10,252 nucleotides of DNA from a virus (Duplodnaviria; Heunggongvirae; Uroviricota; Caudoviricetes): the IMG/VR virus record IMGVR_UViG_2690316285_000005. The stretch is one strand, 5' to 3'. Under the pieces are notes generated by a model. The model saw only the letters and a program-made list of their open reading frames with translations, did no database searches and was not told the DNA's origin. A program made the position numbers and the translations under genes. Positions 1 through 6,194 of the stretch are shown piece after piece. Within the stretch, counting starts at the first letter, position 1; the number at the start of each line of letters is the position of its first letter.

Positions 1-149
1 ACTCGGTGGCCAGTTTTTGTTGACCACTTCACTACGGTTTAGGTTCGAACACTACGGATGTACCTCAGTACTCACCATCAGTACCTACGGGTAACAGCTT
101 CATCAAAGTACCATCATCTCAAGCAGGCAATCCTGCCGGGGCGGATCTG

Positions 150-2129
150 ATGGGAGTAGGGCTTGTAGATGGCACTACTGTAAGTTCTCTTGCGATGACA
201 AAGACGGGTACTCTAAGTATCTATGCAAAGAACGCTACAACCGCCTGGACACGCATATATACCGCTACACAGATGGACGGGCGATACGTACCCCTTACAC
301 GTACCATCAACGGCCATGCACTCACGGCCAATTTAGTACTGAACAGTGAAGATACAGGTTCAGTACCTGATACACGTACTGTGAATGGTAAGCCTCTAAG
401 TGAGGATGTAGTACTTACCAGTACTGATACCGGCTCTGTACCAGATACACGGACAGTTAATGGTCATGTACTCAGTGAAGATATAGTACTGAGTAGTGAA
501 GATACAGGTTCAGTACCTGATACACGTATGGTCAACGGTCATGTACTCAGTGAGGATGTAGTACTTACCAGTACTGATGTTGGCTTAGGGAAGGTTACAG
601 ATGATGCCCAGCTTACGATAGCAGGTAATCTAAGTGATCTGGGGGACGTGGAAGAAGCACGTATTAACCTTGCTGTTTACTCAATGGATGAAGTAGATGC
701 AGAGGTAACGGCTTTAGCTGACAGTATTACTTCCCTTGATTCCGCTTCCATGAAGAAAGCGAGTAACCTTTCTGATCTATCCAGTCTCTCTACAGCACGT
801 ACTAACCTACAGGTGAACCGTTTGACTCAGGGTGCTACGTACACCGATCTGATGAGTAATGACCTGACTAACCGTATCCGAATTCAGGATAACGGGGCAT
901 GGGGTGCAAGTACTGGTACTGGATGGATTGCTTTAGGTATAGGTCAGGGGGGGACAGGGGCTACAGATGCTTTGAGTGCTCGCCTAAACTTTCAGGTGGA
1001 TCGCTTTAATCAAGGTAGTAATTTAACAACTATTAAATCCGCTGATTCTTCCGCTGCATTAGTGGTTTATGATGGAGGGCAATGGGGTTCAGCTACATAT
1101 ATTGCGGGTGCTTTCACTGGCTGGAAAGCATTAGCAATTCCGCAGGGCGGTACTGGTGTTAAGACTCAGGCTGAGTTATGGCCTGCGATTCGTCCTACGG
1201 GTGCAACTTCTTTAGCAGGAGATCCTGTCTCTGATTCTGACGCGACTACCAAACGCTGGGTTGAAAACTTGCTGAGTAGTCGTACTTCAGTTAGTCCTCA
1301 ATGGGATGTTATTGCTTCTTCCCCTTCCTCTACGGCAATTGGTAGTTATGTAACTGGAGGGCGTATTCGTTCGATATGCAACATTGGTACATCAACTGAA
1401 ATATCTGGTGGTTTTCGGGTTGGTAAAACGATGGGACAGACTGGACAGGCTGATCTCACCCTTTTTATTTCTGAAAATGGTGCAGAGGATAAACTATGGG
1501 GGCTAAAAGGGCCGACTGGAACGATCCTAACTGATGTTCAATCAGGATGGATGACTAATACCGCTGTTTCGGGACCGACAGATGCCAATACCATCACCTT
1601 TAACGGTATGTATGCAGGGCCAGGTGACTCAGGTATTAACTATAGTGAAAAATATTCCCCTTTATTGCACATGCAAAGATACCCAGGGGCAAATCGCTCT
1701 CAGCTTCAGATAGACGGTGGTGGTACTTTAAGAGTACGAGGCGGGAACGGTACAACATGGTTTGGATGGTTAGTAATGCAAGCTCAAGGTACATCAGGTC
1801 GTGAGTTTAAAAGAGACATAACTCCAGCAAATCCAGTTGAAGCATTAGATCGGATAATGTCACAAGATTTAGTAACGTTTATCTACAAGGATGATGAACA
1901 AGAAAGGGTTAGGTTTGGTGTTATCGCCGAAGATGCTGAGTTGACTGCTCCGCAGTACATTAAGCATGATGAAGAAACAGTTGAAATAGAAGGGGAGATT
2001 GTCACTCGTGATCATCCACGTGTTGATTTAAATCCAATAGTGATGGACTTGATGGGAGCTATTCAAGCCCAACAAGAAGAAATTAATCAGCTAAAAGATT
2101 TAGTACAACAGCTATTAAATAATAAATAA
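150..2129 (+). CDS. Phage fiber protein (tail or neck/collar fiber) with tandem fiber repeats and a C-terminal intramolecular chaperone (peptidase S74-like) domain
   Basis: 659-codon ORF. Residues ~51-146 are four 25-aa repeats (consensus approx. RTVNGxxLSEDVVLTSxDTGSVPDT) typical of phage fiber repeats. The C-terminal ~110 aa (SGREFKRDITPANPVEALDRIMSQDLVTFIYKDD...GVIAEDAELTAP...) matches, from memory, the endosialidase/T5 pb1-type chaperone domain with its S-x4-K spacing. The ATG at 150 has only a weak SD, and the frame is open upstream to 24 with no start codon, so the true start is uncertain. Confidence 0.7.
   Translation: MGVGLVDGTTVSSLAMTKTGTLSIYAKNATTAWTRIYTATQMDGRYVPLTRTINGHALTANLVLNSEDTGSVPDTRTVNGKPLSEDVVLTSTDTGSVPDTRTVNGHVLSEDIVLSSEDTGSVPDTRMVNGHVLSEDVVLTSTDVGLGKVTDDAQLTIAGNLSDLGDVEEARINLAVYSMDEVDAEVTALADSITSLDSASMKKASNLSDLSSLSTARTNLQVNRLTQGATYTDLMSNDLTNRIRIQDNGAWGASTGTGWIALGIGQGGTGATDALSARLNFQVDRFNQGSNLTTIKSADSSAALVVYDGGQWGSATYIAGAFTGWKALAIPQGGTGVKTQAELWPAIRPTGATSLAGDPVSDSDATTKRWVENLLSSRTSVSPQWDVIASSPSSTAIGSYVTGGRIRSICNIGTSTEISGGFRVGKTMGQTGQADLTLFISENGAEDKLWGLKGPTGTILTDVQSGWMTNTAVSGPTDANTITFNGMYAGPGDSGINYSEKYSPLLHMQRYPGANRSQLQIDGGGTLRVRGGNGTTWFGWLVMQAQGTSGREFKRDITPANPVEALDRIMSQDLVTFIYKDDEQERVRFGVIAEDAELTAPQYIKHDEETVEIEGEIVTRDHPRVDLNPIVMDLMGAIQAQQEEINQLKDLVQQLLNNK
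300..587 (+). repeat. In-frame tandem repeat, 75-nt units (25 aa), about 4 copies, arranged as a 150-nt A-B super-unit duplicated
   Basis: Exact 34-nt identity between 345-378 and 495-528 (agtgaagatacaggttcagtacctgatacacgta) and exact 30-nt identity between 399-428 and 549-578 (agtgaggatgtagtacttaccagtactgat), both at a 150-nt offset. The protein repeats are in register. Confidence 0.85.
1794..2126 (+). other. Putative autoproteolytic intramolecular chaperone domain of the fiber protein (candidate catalytic Ser at codon 1794-1796, Lys at 1809-1811)
   Basis: The motif T-S-G-R-E-F-K followed by DITPANPVEALDRI...LVTFIYKDD...FGVIAEDAELTAPQYI resembles the S-D-x-R-L-K ... ALDKL ... GFIAQEVEEV pattern of peptidase S74 chaperone domains, recalled from memory. 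A coiled-coil-like tail (QAQQEEINQLKDLVQQLL) follows. Confidence 0.5.
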
Positions 2130-2137
2130 ATATAAAC

Positions 2138-2166
2138 GGGGTGAACGGATTCACTCCAATAAAATT
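2138..2166 (+). terminator. Possible weak intrinsic terminator or regulatory hairpin between the fiber gene and the major tail gene
   Basis: Imperfect hairpin GGGGTGAA-cgga-TTCACTCC (core stem gtgaa/ttcac, extendable with a G-U pair plus two G-C pairs), followed by an A/T-rich stretch aataaaattttctt. The T-tract is interrupted, so this is weak. Confidence 0.3.
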
Positions 2167-2187
2167 TTCTTATAAGGATATAAAACT

Positions 2188-2661
2188 ATGGCTATGGATA
2201 TTTTTTCCGGTGCTAACCTTACTGTAGAAGTAGGTTCAAGTGCTGGTAAAACAGTTGCTACTGACTTTGTAGAAGTACCAGAGGTAAACACCTTCAGTAC
2301 TTCAGGCTTTGAAAGTACTGTAATTAGCGTAAAAACATTCAATAATGCTTATGATCGTAAGCTATTGGGTACTAAGTCAATCCCGGACATTTCTCTTGCA
2401 GTTAACTACTTACCAGATAATGCAGTACATCAGAATTTAGAACAACTTGCAGACGATCAGAAACGTTGTCAGGTAAAACTAAGCTATTTTACCGATGCAA
2501 CTAAAAAAGAAGGTTTCTTTGTAATTTATACCTGCTTTGTTTCAAGTACCACTATCGGTGGTGATAAAGATGAAGTAGTAACTAAGACTTTCACCCTTGC
2601 AGTTGATGGTGAAGCAATTGATTCAGGTCTGATTACTCCAAAACCAGAATCGGGCGAATAA
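2188..2661 (+). CDS. Probable major tail (tube) protein
   Basis: 157-aa ORF with an AAGGA RBS about 9 nt upstream of the ATG. It sits immediately upstream of the chaperone pair and tape measure gene (conserved siphovirus synteny) and is followed by a strong terminator, consistent with a highly expressed structural gene. Acidic, Thr/Ser/Val-rich composition. The call rests on synteny and size; no motif was recognised. Confidence 0.6.
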   Translation: MAMDIFSGANLTVEVGSSAGKTVATDFVEVPEVNTFSTSGFESTVISVKTFNNAYDRKLLGTKSIPDISLAVNYLPDNAVHQNLEQLADDQKRCQVKLSYFTDATKKEGFFVIYTCFVSSTTIGGDKDEVVTKTFTLAVDGEAIDSGLITPKPESGE

Positions 2662-2669
2662 TAATAAAT

Positions 2670-2699
2670 AAAGGGAAGGTGCTCAACTTTCCCTTTTTT
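2670..2699 (+). terminator. Rho-independent terminator downstream of the major tail protein gene
   Basis: Stem AAAGGGAA (2670-2677) pairs with TTCCCTTT (2689-2696) around an 11-nt loop, followed by a T-run (ttttta), 9 nt after the stop codon. A partial terminator after the major tail gene is a common arrangement in siphoviruses. Confidence 0.6.
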
Positions 2700-2712
2700 A
2701 TTGGAGATGAAA

Positions 2713-3012
2713 ATGAATTTAAACGAATTGAAGAAAAAACTACAACCAGAATTAAAACCACATGAAGTAATGGGTGAAATCATCTTTATTCATCGTCCAA
2801 ATGGTCAGGATTTCCAGAAATGCACTGATGTGGCTAAAACTCTAATCCTATGTGTAAAAGATGAAAATGGTGATCCTATCTTCGCAGAAGAAGATATTGA
2901 TGGACGAATTAATGTTAACTCTATTGATTTTGTAATCCAGAATGAAATTTACTCAGCAATTATTGCTTTAATCAATACTGCGAAACCTGTAGATGAAGTA
3001 GAAAAAAAGTAA
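2713..3012 (+). CDS. Tail assembly chaperone (lambda G-like), the zero-frame product
   Basis: Small acidic ORF directly upstream of the tape measure gene. GGAG at 2703-2706 is 6 nt upstream of the ATG at 2713, which I prefer over the TTG at 2701 or the ATG at 2707. It ends at TAA 3010-3012 immediately after the slippery heptamer. Confidence 0.75.
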   Translation: MNLNELKKKLQPELKPHEVMGEIIFIHRPNGQDFQKCTDVAKTLILCVKDENGDPIFAEEDIDGRINVNSIDFVIQNEIYSAIIALINTAKPVDEVEKK

Positions 3013-3407
3013 GAGGTGATATCGAATTAAAGTACTTTTGTAAGATGGTTAACAAAAGAGGCTTATCACCTGAAGAATACTTTAGTTTAGATCCTGATGT
3101 ACTCAATATGCTTATGATCTACGATACTTTTATAGAACCATCCGGTACGCAGATTGAAATGATGAAACATGCGTACCAGTGTTACTACACCACTATCAGT
3201 AATGGCAACCTAACACCAGAAGCAAGGAAAAGTATCAAGGTACAGGATTTTGATTTTCTTGATGTGCTTAGTGATAGTACTAAGAGTACTTCAGAGAAAG
3301 CTGAAGAAAGAAAATTAAAAACTAAAGAGGCTCAATCCAATGATATTAAATCTATAGGGGAGTTAATTAAATCTCAGGTATTAGGAAAGAAAAAGAATGG
3401 CAAATAA
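2713..3407 (+). CDS. Tail assembly chaperone frameshift fusion (lambda GT-like), produced by a -1 shift at 3003-3009
   Basis: The upstream frame (start 2713, residue 1 mod 3) and the downstream ORF (3045-3407, residue 0 mod 3) are related by a -1 shift. The predicted junction reads ...VDEVEKK / VRGDIELKYFCKMVNKRGLSPEEY..., giving a product of about 231 aa. Its end overlaps the tape measure start (3397) by 11 nt. Confidence 0.65.
3003..3009 (+). promoter_or_regulatory. Slippery heptamer A_AAA_AAG for -1 programmed ribosomal frameshifting
   Basis: In the chaperone frame the codons are gaa-aaa-aag-taa. The heptamer A AAA AAG (3003-3009) is the classic dnaX-type shift site. The -1 frame is open from 2997 (a stop lies at 2994-2996) through 3407, and the downstream ORF has no SD before its first ATG at 3045. 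Confidence 0.7.
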
Positions 3408-5610
3408 TAATAGAATACGTGTAGATATTACGGGTGATTCTTCCGGTTTACAGCGTGCTTTAAGGTCTGGTACTGAATCATTAGAGGAATTTGGTAGTAC
3501 TGCTGGTGGCATTGTTGAAGAGTTCACAGGCCGAATAACTGGTATGGCTGGCGGGTTCGGTACTGCTATGACCGGGATCGCGGGTGCTGCGGCTATTGGT
3601 ATTGGTGGCCTGGCAGCATTAGTAGAATCATCACGTGAATATGTGCGTGAAATGAACCAGATCAGTAAGAGTACCGGATTGTCCGTGGTTCAGTTACAAC
3701 AGCTATCAGCGGCGTTTAGTGGCCTCGGTCTTGAGATTGATAAGTTTGGTGATTTCAACAAGGATACCTTGGATAAGCTCGGTGATGCTTTTCGTGCTGG
3801 CGGTGGTGTATCCGATGATCTTAAAGAATATGGACTCAACCTACAGGACTATAACAAGTACTTAAAACAGGCTGATGGTGGTATGCAGGCTGTGATCCAC
3901 ACCTTTTACGCCATGCGTGATGCAGGTAAATCACAGAGTGAAATAGTTAACGTAATGGAAACGTTAGCCAGTGACTCAAGCCACATGATTAGTACTCTTC
4001 AGCAGTTCAATAATGAGGCTCAAGCTACAGCCTATATCCAGTCACAAAATGCTGAAGTAACTAATGATGCTGCTGAAAAATATGCTGAATTCGATAAAAA
4101 CCTTGGGAAACTTACTACCAGCATTAAAGGTACTATTGCTGATGGCCTATCACCTTTAGTTAATGCCATGAACAGTGTCTATGATGCTGCAAATCAAAAA
4201 CCTCACGAGGCAGGTTTGTTTGAAGATCTGAATGAACGTATTAAAACTTCCAAGGGTTCTCTACAGGATATGTTGGATATCTGGGAAAAATTACGTACAG
4301 CAGGGGCATTAAACTACCAGGGTGCAGCACTCAATACTGGCATCATGGATGATAAGGGCAACAAGGGTAATGAGTTCGCTCAGGCTAAGGCACGTTTAGA
4401 AGAACTGGCAAACAACCTAAAGTCCGATGTTGCGGTTGCTACCGCTCCTACTGGCGGATGGGTTGATCAGGCAAAAGAAGCTGAAGATGCAGCGAAGAAG
4501 TTAGAACAACAACGTAAACAGGCAGAAGCGGCACAAAAGGCGGCAGATGCAAAACGCCTACAGGCTCAACGTAATCTGGAAGCTGCTCTTGCTCAAGTTG
4601 GGGAAGATGGTTTTCAGGTACGTCTACAGCAGTTCGACAGACAACAAAAGGCACTTCTTAAAACCATCACCGATAGTGCTCAAGTACTCGGTATCAATCC
4701 TGATGAAATGCTAAAGAACGCTACTGCATATGGTGCTAAACAACGTACTGATTTACTGAATTCAATGGTTGGTTATCAAGATCCTAATCAGGGTCTGAAA
4801 GATACCAATGCTCTTATTGGTTCCGGTCTACTCAATGACAATCAGAAGGGGTATCTGGCACAGCAACAGAATCAGCGTATCAATGGTGGTAATCCATTAG
4901 CCTATAACGATACCGATCAGAAGTTGAAAGATAACGCTGATGCTATGAATGCTGAACTTCAGCAGAATGAGTTGTTGCTGAAAGGCCATGAGGACTATGA
5001 GAAACGTAAAGCTGAGATCACGGCAAAGTACAATGCACAGGCCATCCAAATCAGTAACCAGAATGCACAGGATCAGTTAAGTATCTTCTCAAGTACTGCA
5101 CAGTCACTATCACAGGGCATGGTTGATGCGTTTGGGGAAAGTAGTGGGGCTGCACAAGCTGCATTTACCCTAAGTAAGAGCATAAGCATTGCACAGACAG
5201 TACTTTCAATTCAGTCAGCATTGGCCCAAGCACTCGCTACCCCTTGGCCAGCTTCATTGGCAAACTATGCACAAGTACTTTCACTTGGTATGTCGATTAT
5301 TAGTACTGCAAAGGGTGCTGCTGCTGGTCAGTTCCATGGCGGGGTAGATGAACTACCAGCAAGTTATGACAACAAATCATTTGTACTTAAGCAGGGCGAG
5401 AGAGTGGTGCAGCCTGAAGCGAATAAGAAATTAACAGCATTCTTGGATAAACAAGAAGGTGGAAGTACTTCAGGTGATATTACCGTTAACGCACCATTGA
5501 TCATCCAGGGTGATGTAGCTGATGATGACAAGAAATTTAATGAGATGCTTAAGAAACACGCCAATAGTGTTTCTCAAGCTGTGAGAAGTAGTCAAAAACG
5601 TAATACATAA
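3397..5610 (+). CDS. Tail tape measure protein
   Basis: 737-aa ORF immediately after the G/GT chaperone pair. It has a Gly/Ala-rich hydrophobic segment near the N-terminus (GMAGGFGTAMTGIAGAAAIGIGGLAAL), long Ala/Gln/Lys-rich, probably coiled-coil, stretches (EQQRKQAEAAQKAADAKRLQAQRNLEAALAQ) and a hydrophobic C-terminal region. This is the typical tape measure architecture. Confidence 0.85.
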   Translation: MANNNRIRVDITGDSSGLQRALRSGTESLEEFGSTAGGIVEEFTGRITGMAGGFGTAMTGIAGAAAIGIGGLAALVESSREYVREMNQISKSTGLSVVQLQQLSAAFSGLGLEIDKFGDFNKDTLDKLGDAFRAGGGVSDDLKEYGLNLQDYNKYLKQADGGMQAVIHTFYAMRDAGKSQSEIVNVMETLASDSSHMISTLQQFNNEAQATAYIQSQNAEVTNDAAEKYAEFDKNLGKLTTSIKGTIADGLSPLVNAMNSVYDAANQKPHEAGLFEDLNERIKTSKGSLQDMLDIWEKLRTAGALNYQGAALNTGIMDDKGNKGNEFAQAKARLEELANNLKSDVAVATAPTGGWVDQAKEAEDAAKKLEQQRKQAEAAQKAADAKRLQAQRNLEAALAQVGEDGFQVRLQQFDRQQKALLKTITDSAQVLGINPDEMLKNATAYGAKQRTDLLNSMVGYQDPNQGLKDTNALIGSGLLNDNQKGYLAQQQNQRINGGNPLAYNDTDQKLKDNADAMNAELQQNELLLKGHEDYEKRKAEITAKYNAQAIQISNQNAQDQLSIFSSTAQSLSQGMVDAFGESSGAAQAAFTLSKSISIAQTVLSIQSALAQALATPWPASLANYAQVLSLGMSIISTAKGAAAGQFHGGVDELPASYDNKSFVLKQGERVVQPEANKKLTAFLDKQEGGSTSGDITVNAPLIIQGDVADDDKKFNEMLKKHANSVSQAVRSSQKRNT

Positions 5611-5620
5611 GAAAGCCCAG

Positions 5621-6193
5621 TTAGGGATTTTCCGTGTGATAAGACAAATATTGTGAAAGAGAAGATGAAAGGGTATAGAGATTGTAATACTCTTCCCGCA
5701 ATAATTTAACTTTAGGTGGTGAGTATTTAATATTGTATGCAAGCTGTGTTGAAAGAGTACGTAATCTCGATAATGAATAATAACTCTTTACGATGGCATC
5801 TACTTCTTTTTTTGGGAGTGATGCTAATTTTTCTAATTGGGAATAATATACATCATCATGCAAATAAGAAACGGCAGTTGCTACTCTTTTAATAGCTTCT
5901 GTATCTTCAGTTGGAAGAGGAATACATATTTCATATGTGCCTAACACCTGAGACTCATCGCCACCAGTAGCAAGAGCTAAAAGGTTATTGTTGATTTCGC
6001 TCAATAAGATTACACGCATCTTAAAAACATCATCTGAACTTTCTTTCCATTTATCATATGCGTTATAGCCTATTTGGCCTGCAAATAACAACATAGCAAC
6101 GATGACGGATGCAGCCTGCCAATCAAGCCTGTTAAAAAAAATACGAATCGAGGTTTTTAAATAAATAAAGAAAGAAGATATTCGAGGTAACAA
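5621..6193 (-). CDS. Hypothetical protein, probably membrane-anchored; moron-like accessory gene encoded antisense to the tail operon
   Basis: The only long ORF on either strand in the 584-bp gap between the tape measure stop (5610) and the next tail gene (6195), and it fills the gap exactly. Read from the TTG at 6193 (an AGGA lies about 8 nt upstream on the minus strand) it gives 190 aa with a hydrophobic segment WQAASVIVAMLLFAGQIGYNAY near residues 25-46. The region is visibly more AT-rich than the flanking genes. The start codon is uncertain: the first in-frame ATG corresponds to 6094-6092 but would cut the hydrophobic segment. No known domain was recognised. Confidence 0.5.
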   Translation of the reverse strand: MLPRISSFFIYLKTSIRIFFNRLDWQAASVIVAMLLFAGQIGYNAYDKWKESSDDVFKMRVILLSEINNNLLALATGGDESQVLGTYEICIPLPTEDTEAIKRVATAVSYLHDDVYYSQLEKLASLPKKEVDAIVKSYYSLSRLRTLSTQLAYNIKYSPPKVKLLREEYYNLYTLSSSLSQYLSYHTENP

Positions 6194-6194
6194 A

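Noticed and set aside
300-587. The tandem repeats as a CRISPR array or non-coding satellite
   Set aside because: The repeats are in-frame within a long ORF and have no spacer-repeat architecture. The period of 75 or 150 nt encodes 25-aa fiber repeats. This is a protein repeat, not CRISPR.
2701-2712. TTG at 2701 (or ATG at 2707) as the start of the tail assembly chaperone
   Set aside because: The GGAG at 2703-2706 lies inside or immediately against these codons. It is optimally spaced (6 nt) for the ATG at 2713, so 2713 is the more plausible start.
2151-2783. Minus-strand ORFs 2151-2342 (63 aa) and 2526-2783 (85 aa)
   Set aside because: Both overlap the + strand major tail gene and terminator, have low-complexity translations and no RBS context, and break the otherwise unidirectional operon. 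They are probably spurious antisense ORFs.
3045-3407. The 120-aa ORF as an independently translated gene
   Set aside because: There is no Shine-Dalgarno sequence before its ATG. Its frame is open upstream to 2997, overlapping the A_AAA_AAG slippery site in the -1 frame relative to the upstream chaperone ORF. It is better explained as the C-terminal part of a GT-like frameshift fusion.
5560-5620. Terminator between the convergent tape measure gene and the antisense ORF
   Set aside because: Only short palindromes are present (ttctca/tgagaa at 5571-5587; ccc/ggg at 5615-5626), with no adjacent T-tract on either strand. This is insufficient to call an intrinsic terminator.
4448-5742. Minus-strand ORFs 4448-4654, 5364-5564 and 5470-5742
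   Set aside because: These are embedded antisense within the tape measure gene. ORF 5470-5742 also overlaps the better-supported 5621-6193 ORF in a different frame. No independent support; treated as spurious.
6019-6094. Internal ATGs (minus-strand codons at 6094-6092 and 6019-6017) as the start of the antisense ORF
   Set aside because: Neither has a Shine-Dalgarno sequence upstream, and starting at 6094 would cut the predicted hydrophobic helix. The TTG at 6193 with an upstream AGGA is provisionally preferred, but the start remains uncertain.
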